A DNA stretch of 64,000 nt from the human T2T-CHM13v2.0 reference genome, Homo sapiens: the NCBI RefSeq assembly GCF_009914755.1, contig NC_060940.1. One strand, written 5' to 3'. The translations under genes and the position numbers were made by a program. A model generated the notes under the pieces. It made no database searches. It had not been told where the DNA came from and was given only the letters and a program-made list of their open reading frames with translations. This document shows, one piece after another, positions 43,549-59,640 of this stretch (its first letter is position 1; the number at the start of each line of letters is the position of its first letter).

Positions 43549-46500
43549 CTATGATACCATTCGATTCCATTCAATGATGATTCCACTCAAATCCATTGGA
43601 TGATTCCATTCGTGTCCATTCGGTGATTTAATTAGATTCAATTCGAGGATGATTCCTTTCGATTCCATTCGATGATTTCATTGAATTCCATTCGATGATG
43701 ATTCCATTCGAGTCCATATGATCATTCCATTTGATTTCATTCGATGATGATTCCATTCGATTCCATTCGATGATTCCATTCTATTCCATTCGATGATGAT
43801 TCCATTCGAGTCCATTCGATGATTCCATTCGAGTCCATTTAATGATTCCATTGGGTTCAATTCAATGACGATTACATTGGATTCCGTTCTATGATTCCAT
43901 TCAATTCCGTTCATTGACAATTTGATTCCATTCGATGATGATTCCATTTGAGTTCATTCGATGATTCTATTCGATTCTCTTCGATGGTGATTCAATTCTA
44001 TTATATTGGATGATTCCATTCGATTCCATTTGATGTTGATTCAATTCGATTCTATTCGATGATGATTCCATTGGATTTCACTTGATGATTCTATTCGATT
44101 CCATTCAATGATGATTCACTTCTCGTCCATTGGATGATTCCATTTCATTCCATTCGATGATGATTCCATTCGATTCCATTCGATGATTCCATTTGATTCC
44201 ATGCGACGTTGAGCAATTCGATTCAATTCCATGATGATTCTATTTGATTCAATTAGATGATGTTTCCATTCGAATCCATTCCATGATTATTCCATTGGAA
44301 TCCATTCGGCAATGATTCCATATGAGTCAATTCAATGATGATTCCATATGGGTCCGTTCGATGATAATTCCATTTGATTTCATTCGATGCTTCTATTGTA
44401 TTCCAGGCGATGATGATTCCGTTGGAGTCCATACGATGATTCCATTTGATTTCATTTGATGATGATTCCATTCGATGATGATTACATTGGATTCCATTCT
44501 ATGATTCCATTCAATTCCATTCGTTGATGATTCGATTCCATTCAATGATGATTCCATTTGAGTTCATTCGATGATTCTATTCGATTCCGTTCGATGGTGA
44601 TTCAATTCTATTATATTGGATGATTCCACTCGATTCCATTTGATGATTATTCCATTGGAGTCCACTTAGTGAATCCTTTAGATTCTACTCGAAGATGATT
44701 CCATTCGAGTCCATTCGATGATACTATTCAATTCCATTCGTTGATGCTTCCATTCAAGTGCATTCGATGATATCATTCGATTCCATTTGATGATAATTCC
44801 ATTTGATTCCATGCGATGATTCTATTCGATTCCATTCAATGATAATTCCATTCAATTCAGTGATTCCTCTGGACTCCATTTGATGATGATTCCATTCAAT
44901 GATTCCATTCGATTCTATTCGAAAATGATTCCATTTGAATCCATTTGATGATGATTCCATTGGATTCCATTTGATGATTCCATTCGATTCCATTCAACGA
45001 TGATTCCATTCGATTCCATTTGATGATTCCATTCTATTCTATTCGATGATGATTCCATTCGATTCCATTCGATGATGATTGGATTCGATTCCATTTGATT
45101 ATTTCATTTCATTCCATTCGTTAATGATTTCGATCAATTCCATTCAATGATTCCATTTGATTCCATTCGATAATGATTACATCCGAGTCCATTCGATGAT
45201 TCCATTTGAGCCTGTTCGATAATTCCATTTGAGTCCAACAATGATTCCATTCATTTCCATTCAATGATTCCATTCGAGTCCATTTGATCATTCCGGTAGG
45301 GTCCATTCGATGTTGATTCCATTGGAGTGCATTAGATGATTCCATTCGAGTCCATTCGATGATTCCATTCGATTCCATTCGATGTTGATTCTGTTCAAAT
45401 CCATTCGATGATTCCACTCGATTCCATTCGATGACTCCTTTTGATCCCATTCGATGATTTCCTTTGATTCCCTTTGATGATCATTCCATTTGATTCAATT
45501 CGGTGATTTCATTTGATTCCATTCAGTGATGTTTCCATTCGACTCCATTCGATGATGATTCCATTCGACTCCATTCGATTATGATTTCATTCAATTCCAT
45601 TCGATAATGATTCCCTTCGAGTCCATTCGATGATTCCATTCGATTCCATTCAACGATGATTTGATTCGTGTCCATTCGATGATTCCATTTGATTCCACTT
45701 GATGATGATTCCATTCGAGTCCATTTGATGATTCCATTCAATTCCATACTCCGATGATTTCTTTTGAGCCCACTCAATGCTTCCACTCGATTCCATATGA
45801 TGATGACTCCATTCGATGAAATTCGATGATGATTCCATTCGCTTGCTTTCGATGATGATTCCACTTGAGTCCGTTAGAAGATTCTATTCAATTACATTCC
45901 ATGACGATTCCGTTCGAGTCCATTTGATGATTCCATTAGACTCCATTCGACAATGATTCCATTCTATGTTATTCGATGATTCCATTCGATCTCATTCGAT
46001 GATGATTCCATTCAACTCCATTCGATGTTTCCATTCGAGTTCATTCTATTATTCCATTAGATTCCATTCGATGATGATTCCATTCGATTCCATTTGATGA
46101 TTGCATTCTATTTCATTTGATGATGATTCCATTCGAGTCCACTCGATGATTCCATTCGAGTCCATTTAATGAATCCATTGGTTTCAATTCTATGATGATT
46201 ACATTGGATTCCATTCGTTGATGATTTCATTCGGTTCCATTCAATGATGATTCCATTCAATTCCTTTCAATGTTTCCATTCAATTCCATACGATGATGAT
46301 TCCATTTGATTTGATTCGACAGTGAACCATTCGATTCAATTCCATGATGATTCTATTTGATTCAATTGGGTGACATTTCCATTCGATTCCATTCGATGAT
46401 GATTCCCTTTGATTCCATTCAAAGATGATTCCATTCCAGCCCATTCAATCATTCCATTCGATTCTATTCAATGATGATTCCATTCATGTCGAGTTGGTGA

Positions 46501-48501
46501 TTCCATTTGACTCCATTTGATGATGATTCCTTTCAAGTTAATTAGATGATTCCATTCGATTCCATTTGATGATGATCCCATTCGAGTCCATTCAGTGATT
46601 CCATTCGTTTCCATTCCATGATGATTCCATTCCATTCCATGCAATGATTCCATTCGATTCCGTTTGATGATGATTTCATTCGAGTCCATTTGATGATTCC
46701 ATTTGATTCCATTCGATGATGATTCCATTCGAGTCCATTCGATGATTCTATTCGAATCCATTTGATGATTTCTTTTGATTATAGTTGGTGATGATTCCAT
46801 TGGAGTCCATTCAATGATTCCATTCGATTCCAATCGATGGTGATTCCATTAGAGTCCATTTAATGATTCCATTTGATTCCAGTCTCTGATGATTACATTC
46901 GAGTCCATACGATGATTCCACTCAATTCCATATGATGATGATTCCATTCGATTCCATTCGATGATTCCATTCTATTCTATTCAATGGTGATTCCATTCGA
47001 GTACATTAGATGATTCCATTCGATTCCATTCAATGATGATTCTATTTGTGTCCCTTAGATGATTCCACATGATTCCATTAGATGATGATACTATTTGAGC
47101 CCATCCAATGATTCCCTTCGATTCCGTTCGATGAGGACTCCATTCGATTCAATTCATTGGTGATTCTATTCAATTCAATTCTTTGATTCCATTCCATTCC
47201 ATTCGACAATGATTCCATTCGATTTCTTTCGATGATTCCACTCGATTCCACTTGACATTGATTCCATTCGATTCCATTCAATGATTCCATTTGATTCCAG
47301 TGGATGATGATTGCCATCGATTCCATTCGATCACTCCATTCTATTCCATTTGATGATGATTACATTCGATTCCATTTGATGATTCCATCTGATTCTATTC
47401 GAGGATTCCATTTGATTCCATTCGATGATGATTCCATTCGAGTCCATTCGATGATTTCATTCGAGTACATCCAATGATTCCATTCGAGTCCATTAGATGA
47501 TTCCATTTGATTCCATTTGATTATGATTCTACTAGAGTCCATTCAATGACTCCATTCGAGTCCATTCAACAATTCCATTCGACTCCATTCGATGATTCCA
47601 TTCGATTCCATTTGATGATTCCATTCGAGTCCATTTAATCATTACAGTCGAGTCCATTTGGTGATTCCGCTGGATTTCCTTTGATAATGATACCATTCAA
47701 TTACATTTGATGATGATCCCATTCAATTTCATTTGATGATGATTCCCTTAGAGTCCATTCGAAGATTTCATTCGAGTCCCCTCATTGATTCCATCCGATT
47801 TCATTGGATGATGTCTCCATTCGAGTCCATTCGATGATTCCACTCGATTCCATTAGATGATTCCATTGGAGTCCATTTGATTGTTCCATTCGATTCCATT
47901 CGATTCCTTTCGAAGATTATTCCATTTGAGTCCATTCGATGATGATTCCATTCCATTCCATTCGATGATTCCGTTTGATTCCATTCGATGATTCCCTTCG
48001 ATTCCTTTCTTTGATGATTCCATTCCATTCCATTCAATGATTCCATTCGAATCTATTCCATGATGATTCCTTTCGATTCCATTCGCTGATGTTTCCGTTC
48101 AATTCCATTCGATGATGATTCCATTCGATTCCATTCATTGAGGATTCCATTTGATTCCATTCAATGATGATTCCATTCTATTCCATTCAATGATTGCATT
48201 CAATTCCATTCAATGATTATCCCATTAGAGTGAACTCAACGATTCCATTCAATACCATTCGATGATGATTCCTTTTGAGTTCATTCAATGATTTCATTCA
48301 AGTCCATTTGATGATTCCTTTCAATTCCATTCTATGATGATTCCATTCGATTCCATTCGATGATTCCATTCGATTGCATTCCATGATTCCATTATATTCC
48401 ATTCAACGGTGATTCCATTCGAGTCCATTCGATGATTCCATTAGAGTACATTTAATGATTGCTTTGTTTTCAATTCGAAGATGATTACATTGGATTCCAT
48501 T
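43549..48501 (+). repeat. Unit U9, 4,953 bp (6,112-type start, 1-bp and 1,158-bp deletions)
   Basis: 6112-1158-1=4953. GAGTCCAACAATG at ~45231 lacks one C, and the large junction is at ~45325-45333. Confidence 0.86.
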
Positions 48502-51500
48502 CTATGATACCATTCGATTCCATTCAATGATGATTCCACTCAAATCCATTGGATGATTCCATTCGTGTCCATTCGGTGATTTCATTAGATTCCATTCGAG
48601 GATGATTCCTTTCGATTCCATTCGATGATTCCATTCAATTCCATTCGATGATGATTCCATTCGAGTCCATATGATCATTCCATTTGATTTCATTCGATGA
48701 TGATTCCATTCGATTCCATTCGATGATTCCATTCTATTCCTTTCAATGATGATTCCATTCGAGTCCATTCGATGATTCCATTCGAGTCCACTTAATGATT
48801 CCATTGGGTTCAATTCAATGATGATTACATTGGATTCCTTTCTACGATTCCATTCAATTCCGTTCATTGACAATTTGATTCCATTCGATGATGATTCCAT
48901 TTGAGTTCATTCGATGATTCTATTCGATTCTCTTCGATGGTGATTCAATTCTATTATATTGGATGATGCCATTCGATTCCATTTGATGTTGATTCAATTC
49001 GATTCTTTTCGATGATGATTCCATTGGATTTCACTTGATGATTCTATTCGATTCCATTCAATGATGATTCACTTCTCGTCCATTGGATGGTTCCATTTCA
49101 TTCCATTTGATGATGATTCCATTCGATTCCTTTGGATGATTCCATTTGATTCCATGCGACGGTGAGCAATTCGATTCAATTCCATGATGATTCTATTTGA
49201 TTCAATTAGATGATGTTTCCATTCGAATCCATTCCATGATTATTCCATTGGAATCCATTCGGCGATGATTCCATATGAGTCAATTCAATGATGATTCCAT
49301 ATGGGTCCGTTCGATGATAATTCCATTTGATTTCATTCGATGCTTCTATTCAATTCCAGTTGATGATGATTCCGTTGGAGTCCATACGATGATTCCATTT
49401 GATTTCATTTGATGATGATTCCATTCGATTCCATTCGATGATGATTACATTGGATTCCATTCTATGATTCCATTCAATTCCATTCGTTGATGATTCGATT
49501 CCATTCAATGATGATTCCATTTGAGTTCATTCGATGATTCTATTCGATTCCGTTCGATGGTGATTCAATTCTCTTATATTGGATGATTCCACTCGATTCC
49601 ATTTGATGATTATTCCATTGGAGTCCACTTAGTGAATCCTTTAGATTCTACTCGAAGATGATTCCATTCGAGTCCATTCGATGATACCATTCAATTCCAT
49701 TCGTTGATGCTTCCATTCAAGTGCATTCGATGATATCATTCGATTCCATTTGATGATAATTCCATTTGATTCCATGCGATGATTCTATTCGATTCCATTC
49801 AATGATAATTCCATTCAATTCAGTGATTCCTCTGGACTCCATTTGATGATGATTCCATTCAATGATTCCATTCGATTCTATTCGAAAATGATTCCATTTG
49901 AATCCATTTGATGATGATTCCATTAGATTCCATTTGATGATTCCATTCGATTCCATTTGATGATGATTCCATTCGATTCCATTTGATGATTCCATTCTAT
50001 TCTATTCGATGATGATTCCATTCGATTCCATTCGATGATGATTGGATTCGATTCCATTTGATGATTTCATTTGATTCCATTCGTTAATGATTTCGATCAA
50101 ATCCATTCGATGATTCCATTCGATTCCATTCGATAATGATTACATCCGAGTCCATTCGATGATTCCATTTGAGCCCGTTCGATAATTCCATTTGAGTCCA
50201 ATCAATGATTCCATTCATTTCCATTCAATGATTCCATTCGAGTCCATTTGATCATTCTGGTAGGGTCCGTTCGATGTTGATTCCATTGGAGTGCATTCGA
50301 TGATTCCATTCGAGTCCATTTTAGGATTTGATTCGAGTCCTTTCGATGATTCCATTCGATTCCACTCGATGATGATTTCATTCGAGTCCATTCGACACTT
50401 CCAATCGATTCCATTTGATGTTTCCATTCGAGTCCAATTGATGATTCCATTCAATTCCATTCGATGATGATTCCGTACGATACCATTCTGTGATGATTCC
50501 ATGTGATTGCATTCAATGATGATTCCTTTCGATTGCATTCGATTATGATTCATTTCGTGTTCATTCTATGGTTCCACAGGTTTCCATTCGTGTCCATTCC
50601 ATTATTCCATTCTATTCCATTTGATGATGATTCCATTCGATTCCATTCATTGGTGATTCCACTCAATTCCATTCAATGATTCCATTCCATTTCTTTCATC
50701 AATGATTCCATTAGTTTCTAATCGATGATCCACTTGATTCCATTTGACGACGATTCCATTCTTGTCCATTCGATGATTCCATTTGATTCCATATGATGAT
50801 GATTCCATTCGATTCCATACGATGATGATTCCATTCGAGTCCATTCAATGGTGATTCCATTCAATTCCATTCGATGATTCCTTTCGATTCCATTCGATGA
50901 TGATGGCATTCGATTCCTTTCCATCATTCCATTTGATTCCATTCAAAGTTGATTTCATTCAAGTCCATTGGATAATTGCATTCGATTCCATTCTATGATG
51001 ATTCCATTCGAGTCCGTTTGATGATTCCATTCAATTCAAGTCAATGATGATTCCATTCGATTCCATTCGATGATTCCATTGGATTCCATTCGATGATGAC
51101 TCCATTCAAATCCATTCGATAATTCAATTCAAGTCCATTCGATGATGATTCCAATCGAATCCATTCAAAGATTCCATTCAGTTCCATTCGATGATTCCCT
51201 TAGATTCCATTCGATGATTCCACTTGATTCCATTTGCGATGATTCCATTCGATTCCATGTGATGATTCCATTCAATTCTATTCAATGCTGTTTGCATTTG
51301 ATTCCATTCGACCATGATTGCCTTTAATTCCATTCAATGACTCCATTCGGTTCCTTTTGATGATGATTCCGTTCGATTCCATTTGATGATTCCATTTGAT
51401 TCCATTGGATGAGTCCATTCGATTACATTCGATGATTATTCCATTCGAGTGCATTAGATGATTCCATTCGAGTCCATTCGATGATTCCGTTCGATTCCAT

Positions 51501-54500
51501 TCGATGTTGATTCTGTTCAAATCCATTCGATGATTCCACTCGATTCCATTCGATGACTCCAGTTGATCCCATTCGATGATTTCCTTTGATTCCCTTTGAT
51601 GATCATTCCATTTGATTCAATTCGGTGATTTCATTTGATTCCATTCAGTGATGTTTCCATTCGACTCCATTCGATGATGATTCCATTCGACTCCATTCGA
51701 TTATGATTTCATTCTATTCCATTCGATAATGATTCCCTTCGAGTCCATTCGATGATTCCATTCGATTCCATTCAACGATGATTTGATTCGTGTCCATTCG
51801 ATGATTCCATTTGATTCCACTTGATGATGATTCCATTCGAGTCCATTTGATGATTCCATTCAATTCCATTCTCCGATTATTTCTTTTGAGCCCATTCAAT
51901 GCTTCCACTCGATTCCATATGATGATGACTCCATTCGATGAAATTCGATGATGATTCCATTCGCTTGCTTTCGATGATGATTCCACTTGAGTCCGTTAGA
52001 AGATTCTATTCAATTACATTCCATGACGATTCCGTTCGAGTCCATTGGATGATTCCATTAGACTCCATTCAACGATGATTCCATTCGATGTTATTCGATG
52101 ATTCCATTCGATCTCATTCGATGATGATTCCGTTCAACTCCATTCGATGTTTCCATTCGAGTTCATTCTATTATTCCATTAGATTCCATTCGATGATGAT
52201 TCCATTCGATTCCATTTGATGATTGCATTCTATTTCATTTGATGATGATTCCATTCGAGTCCACTCGATGATTCCATTCGAGTCCATTTAATGAATCCAT
52301 TGGTTTCAATTCTATGATGATTACATTGGATTCCATTCGTTGATGATTTCGTTCGGTTCCATTCAATGATGATTCCATTCAATTCCTTTCAATGTTTCCA
52401 TTCAATTCCATACGATGATGATTCCATTTCATTTGATTTGACAGTGAGCCATTCGATTCAATTCCATGATGATTCTATTTGATTCAATTGGTTGACATTT
52501 CCATTCGATTCCATTCGATGATGATTCCCTTTGATTCCATTCAAAGATGATTCCATTCCAGCCCATTCAATCATTCCATTCGATTCTATTCAATGATGAT
52601 TCCATTCATGTCGATTTGGTGATTCCATTTGACTTCATTTGATGATGATTCCTTTCAAGTTCATTAGATGATTCCATTCGATTCCATTTGATGATGATCC
52701 CATTCGAGTCCATTCAGTGATTCCATTCGTTTCCATTCCATGATGATTCCATTCCATTCCATTCAATGATTCCATTCGATTCCGTTTGATGATGATTTCA
52801 TTCGAGTCCATTTGATGATTCCATTTGATTCCATTCGATGATGATTCCATTCGAGTCCATTCGATGATTCTATTCGAATCCATTTGATGATTTCTTTTGA
52901 TTATATTTGGTGATGATTCCATAGGAGTCCATTCAATGATTCCATTCGATTCCAATCGATGGTGATTCCATTAGAGTCCATTTAATGATTCCATTTGATT
53001 CCAGTCTCTGATGATTACATTCGAGTCCATACGATGATTCCACTCAATTCCATATGATGATGATTCCATTCGATTCCATTCGATGATTCCATTCTATTCT
53101 ATTCAATGGTGATTCCATTCGAGTACATTAGATGATTCCATTCGATTCCATTCAATGATGATTCTATTTGTGTCCCTTAGATGATTCCACATGATTCCAT
53201 TAGATGATGATACTATTTGAGCCCAACCAATGATTCCCTTCGATTCCCTTCGATGAGGATTCCATTCGATTCAATTCATTGGTGATTCTATTCAATTCAA
53301 TTCTTTGATTCCATTCCATTCCATTCGACAATGATTCCATTCGATTTCTTTCGATGATTCCACTCGATTCCACTTGACATTGATTCCATTCGATTCCATT
53401 CAATGATTCCATTTGATTCCAGTGGATGATGATTGCCATCGATTCCATTCGATCACTCCATTCTATTCCATTTGATGATGATTACATTCGATTCCATTTG
53501 ATGATTCCATCTGATTCTATTCGAGGATTCCATTTGATTACATTCGATGATGATTCCATTCGAGTCCATTCGATGATTTCATTCCAGTACATCCAATGAT
53601 TCCATTCGAGTCCATTAGATGATTCCATTTGATTCCATTTGATTATGATTCTACTAGAGTCCACTCAATGACTCCATTCGAGTCCATTCAACAATTCCAT
53701 TCGAGTCCATTCGATGATTCCATTCGATTCCATTTGATGATTCCATTCGAGTCCATTTAATCATTACAGTCGAGTCCATTTGGTGATTCCACTGGATTTC
53801 TTTTGATAATGATACCATTCAATTACATTTGATGATGATCCCATTCAATTTCATTTGATGATGATTCCATTAGATTCCATTCGATGATTTCATTCGAGTC
53901 CCTTCATTGATTCCATCCGATTTCATTGGATGATGACTCCATTCGAGTCCATTCGATGATTCCACTCGATTCCATTAGATGATTCCATTGGAGTCCATTT
54001 GATTGTTCCATTCGATTCCATTCGATTCCTTTCGAAGATTATTCCATTTGAGTCCATTCGATGATGATTCCATTCCATTCCATTCGATGATTCCGTTTGA
54101 TTCCATTCGATGATTCCCTTCGATTCCTTTCTTTGATGATTCCATTCCATTCCATTCAATGATTCCATTCGAATCTATTCCATGATGATTCCTTTCGATT
54201 CCATTCGCTGATGTTTCCGTTCAATTCCATTCGATGATGATTCCATTCGATTCCATTCATTGAGGATTCCATTTCATTCCATTCAATGATGATTCCGTTC
54301 TATTCCATTCAATGATTGCATTCAATTCCATTCAATGATTATCCCCTTAGAGTAAACTCAACGATTCCATTCAATACCATTCGATGATGATTCCTTTTGA
54401 GTCCATTCAATGATTTCATTCAAGTCCATTTGATGATTCCTTTCAATTCCATTCTATGATGATTCCATTCGAGTCCATTCGATGATTCCATTCGAATGCA

Positions 54501-54623
54501 TTCGATGATTCCATTATATTCCAGTCAACGATGATTCCATTCGAGTCCATTCGATGATTCCATTAGAGTACATTTAATGATTGTTTTGTTTTCAATTCGA
54601 AGATGATTACATTTTATTCCATT
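48502..54623 (+). repeat. Unit U10, full length 6,122 bp
   Basis: All landmarks at +10 offsets; the CCGG site is mutated to CTGG near 50258. Confidence 0.88.
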
Positions 54624-57600
54624 CTATGATACCATTCGATTCCATTCAATGATGATTCCACTCAAATCCATTGGATGATTCCATTCGTGTCCGTTCGGTG
54701 ATTTCATTAGATTCCATTCGAGGCTGATTCCATTCGATTCCATTCGATGATTCCATTCAATTCCATTCGATGATGATTCCATTCCAGTCCATATGATCAT
54801 TCCATTTGATTTCGTTCGATGATGATTCCATTCGATTCCATTCGATGATTCCATTCTATTCCATTCGATGATGATTCCATTCGAGTCCATTCAATGATTC
54901 CATTCGAGTCCATTTAATGATTCCATTGGGTTCAATTCAATGATGATTACATTGGATTCCGTTCTATGATTCCATTCAATTCCGTTCATTGACAATTTGA
55001 TTCCATTCGATGATGACTCCATTTGAGTTCATTCGATGATTCTATTCGATTCTCTTCGATGGTGATTCAATTCTATTATATTGGATGATTCCATTCGATT
55101 CCATTTGATGTTGATTCAATTCGATTCTATTCGATGATGATTCCATTGGATTTCACTTGATGATTCTATTCGATTCCATTCAATGATGATTCACTTCTCG
55201 TCCATTGGATGATTCCATTTCATTCCATTCGATGATGATTCCATTCGATTCCATTCGATGATTCCATTTGATTCCATGCGACGGAGAGCAATTCGATTCA
55301 ATTCCATGATGATTCTATTTGATTCAATTAGATGATGTTTCCATTCGAATCCATTCCATGATTATTCCATTGGAATCCATTCGGCGATGATTCCATATGA
55401 GTCAATTCAATGATGATTCCATATGGGTCCGTTCGATGATAATTCCATTTGATTTCATTCGATGCTTCTATTCAATTCCAGTTGATGATGATTCCGTTGG
55501 AGTCCAAACGATGATTCCATTTGATTTCATTTGATGATGATTCCATTCGATTCCATTCGATGATAATTCCATTCAATTCAGTGATTCCTCTGGACTCCAT
55601 TTGATGATGATTCCATTCAATGATTCCATTCGATTCTATTCCAAAATGATTCCATTTGAATCCATTTGATGACGATTCCATTCCATTCCATTTGATGATT
55701 CCATTCTATTCTATTCGATGATGATTCCATTCGATTCCATTCGATGATGATTGGATTCGATTCCATTTGATGATTTCATTTGATTCCATTCGTTAATGAT
55801 TTCGATCAATTCCATTCGATTCCATTCGATAATGATTACATCCGAGTCCATTCGATGATTCCATTTGAGCCTGTTCGATAATTCCATTTGAGTCCAACCA
55901 ATGATTCCATTCATTTCCATTCAATGATTCCATTCGAGTCCATTTGATTATTCCGGTAGGGTCCATTCGATGTTGATTCCATTGGAGTGCATTCGATGAT
56001 TCCATTCGAGTCCATTTTAGGATTTGATTCGAGTCCTTTCGATGATTCCATTCGATTCCACTCGATGATGATTTCATTCGAGTCCATTCGACACTTCCAA
56101 TCAATTCCATTTGATGATTCCATTCGAGTCCAATTGATGATTCCATTCAATTCCATTCCATGATGATTCCGTACGATTCCATTCTGTGATGATTCCATGT
56201 GATTGCATTCAATGATGATTCCTTTCGATTGCATTCGATTATGATTCATTTCGTGTTCATTCTATGGTTCCACAGGTTTCCATTCGTGTCCATTCCATTA
56301 TTCCTTTCTATTCCATTTGATGATGATTCCATTCGATTCCATTCATTGGTGATTCCACTCAATTCCATTCAATGATTCCATTCCATTTCATTCAACAATG
56401 ATTCCATTAGTTTCTAATCGATGATCCACTTGATTCCATTTGACGACGATTCCATTCTTGTCCATTCGATGATTCCATTTGATTCCATATGATGATGATT
56501 CCATTCGATTCCATACCATGATGATTCCATTCGAGTCCATTCAATGGTGATTCCATTCAATTCCATTCGATGATTCCTTTTGATTCCATTCGATGATGAC
56601 GGCATTCGGTTCCTTTCAATCATTCCCTTTGATTCCATTCAAAGGTGATTTCATTCAAGTCCATTCGATAATTGCATTCGATTCCATTCCATGATGATTC
56701 CATTCGAGTCCATTCGATTATGATTTCATTCAATTCCATTCGATAATGATTCCCTTCGAGTCCATTCGATGATTCCATTCGATTCCATTCAACGATGATT
56801 TGATTCGTGTCCATTCGATGATTCCATTTGATTCCACTTGATGATGATTCCATTCGAGTCCATTTGATGATTCCATTCAATTCCATACTCCGATGATTTC
56901 TTTTGAGCCCACTCAATGCTTCCACTCGATTCCATATGATGATGACTCCATTCGATGAAATTCGATGATGATTCCATTCGCTTGCTTTCGATGATGATTC
57001 CACTTGAGTCCGTTAGAAGATTCTATTCAATTACATTCCATGACGATTCCGTTCGAGTCCATTTGATGATTCCATTAGACTCCATTCGACGATGATTCCA
57101 TTCGATGTTATTCGATGATTCCATTCGATCTCATTCGATGATGATTCCATTCAACTCCATTCGATGTTTCCATTCGAGTTCATTCTATTATTCCATTAGA
57201 TTCCATTCGATGATGATTCCATTCGATTCCATTTGATGATTGCATTCTATTTCATTTGATGATGATTCCATTCGAGTCCACTCGATGATTCCATTCGAGT
57301 CCATTTAATGAATCCATTGGTTTCAATTCTATGATGATTACATTGGATTCCATTCGTTGATGATTTCATTCGGTTCCATTCAATGATGATTCCATTCAAT
57401 TCCTTTCAATGTTTCCATTCAATTCCATACGATGATGATTCCATTTGATTTGATTCGACAGTGAGCCATTCGATTCAATTCCATGATGATTCTATTTGAT
57501 TCAATTGGGTGACATTTCCATTCGATTCCATTCGATGATGATTCCCTTTGATTCCATTCAAAGATGATTCCATTCCAGCCCATTCAATCATTCCATTCGA

Positions 57601-59640
57601 TTCTATTCAATGATGATTCCATTCATGTCGAGTTGGTGATTCCATTTGACTCCATTTGATGATGATTCCTTTCAAGTTCATTAGATGATTCCATTCGATT
57701 CCATTTGATGATGATCCCATTCGAGTCCATTCAGTGATTCCATTCGTTTCCATTCCATGATGATTCCATTCCATTCCATGCAATGATTCCATTCGATTCC
57801 GTTTGATGATGATTTCATTCGAGTCCATTTGATGATTCCATTTGATTCCATTCGATGATGATTCCATTCGAGTCCATTCGATGATTCTATTCGAATCCAT
57901 TTGATGATTTCTTTTGATTATAGTTGGTGATGATTCCATTGGAGTCCATTCAATGATTCCATTCGATTCCAATCGATGGTGATTCCATTAGAGTCCATTT
58001 AATGATTCCATTTGATTCCAGTCTCTGATGATTACATTCGAGTCCATACGATGATTCCACTCAATTCCATATGATGATGATTCCATTCGATTCCATTCGA
58101 TGATTCCATTCTATTCTATTCAATGGTGATTCCATTCGAGTACATTAGATGATTCCATTCGATTCCATTCAATGATGATTCTATTTGTGTCCCTTAGATG
58201 ATTCCACATGATTCCATTAGATGATGATACTATTTGAGCCCATCCAATGATTCCCTTCGATTCTGTTCGATGAGGATTCCATTCGATTCAATTCATTGGT
58301 GATTCTATTCAATTCAATTCTTTGATTCCATTCCATTCCATTCGACAATGATTCCATTCGATTTCTTTCGATGATTCCACTCGATTCCACTTGACATTGA
58401 TTCCATTCGATTCCATTCAATGATTCCATTTGATTCCAGTGGATGATGATTGCCATTGATTCCATTCGATCACTCCATTCTATTCCATTTGATGATGATT
58501 ACATTCGATTCCATTTGATGATTCCATCTGATTCTATTCGAGGATTCCATTTGATTCCATTCGATGATGATTCCATTCGAGTCCATTCGATGATTTCATT
58601 CGAGTACATCCAATGATTCCATTCGAGTCCATTTGATGATTCCATTTGATTCCATTTGATTATGATTCTACTAGAGTCCATTCAATGACTCCATTCGAGT
58701 CCATTCAACAATTCCATTCGACTCCATTCGATGATTCCATTCGATTCCATTTGATGATTCCATTCGAGTCCATTTAATCATTAGAGTCGAGTCCATTTGG
58801 TGATTCCGCTGGATTTCTTTTGATAATGATACCATTCCATTACATTTGATGATGATCCCATTCAATTTCATTTGATGATGATTCCCTTAGAGTCCATTCG
58901 AAGATTTCATTCGAGTCCCCTCATTGATTCCATCCGATTTCATTGGATGATGTCTCCATTCGAGTCCATTCGATGATTCCACTCGATTCCATTAGATGAT
59001 TCCATTGGAGTCCATTTGATTGTTCCATTCGATTCCATTCGATTCCTTTCGAAGATTATTCCATTTGAGTCCATTCGATGATGATTCCATTCCATTCCAT
59101 TCGATGATTCCGTTTGATTCCATTCGATGATTCCCTTCGATTCCTTTCTTTGATGATTCCATTCCATTCCATTCAATGATTCCATTCGAATCTATTCCAT
59201 GATGATTCCTTTCGATTCCATTCGCTGATGTTTCCGTTCAATTCCATTCGATGATGATTCCATTCGATTCCATTCATTGAGGATTCCATTTGATTCCATT
59301 CAATGATGATTCCATTCTATTCCATTCAAAGATTGCATTCAATTCCATTCAATGATTATCCCATTAGAGTGAACTCAACGATTCCATTCAATACCATTCG
59401 ATGATGATTCCTTTTGAGTTCATTCAATGATTTCATTCAAGTCCATTTGATGATTCCTTTCAATTCCATTCTATGATGAATCCATTCGATTCCATTCGAT
59501 GATTCCATTCGATTGCATTCCATGATTCCATTATATTCCATTCAACGGTGATTCCATTCGAGTCCATTCGATGATTCCATTAGAGTACATTTAATGATTG
59601 CTTTGTTTTCAATTCGAAGATGATTACATTGGATTCCATT
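54624..59640 (+). repeat. Unit U11, 5,017 bp (deletions of 364, 49, 13 and 679 bp)
   Basis: 6122-364-49-13-679=5017. Junctions read at ~55550, ~55685, ~55815 and ~56712. Confidence 0.84.

Noticed and set aside
42928-51327. Two plus-strand ORFs (42928-43110 and 51142-51327)
   Set aside because: Chance loss of TGA stops in single unit copies; not conserved in sibling units.
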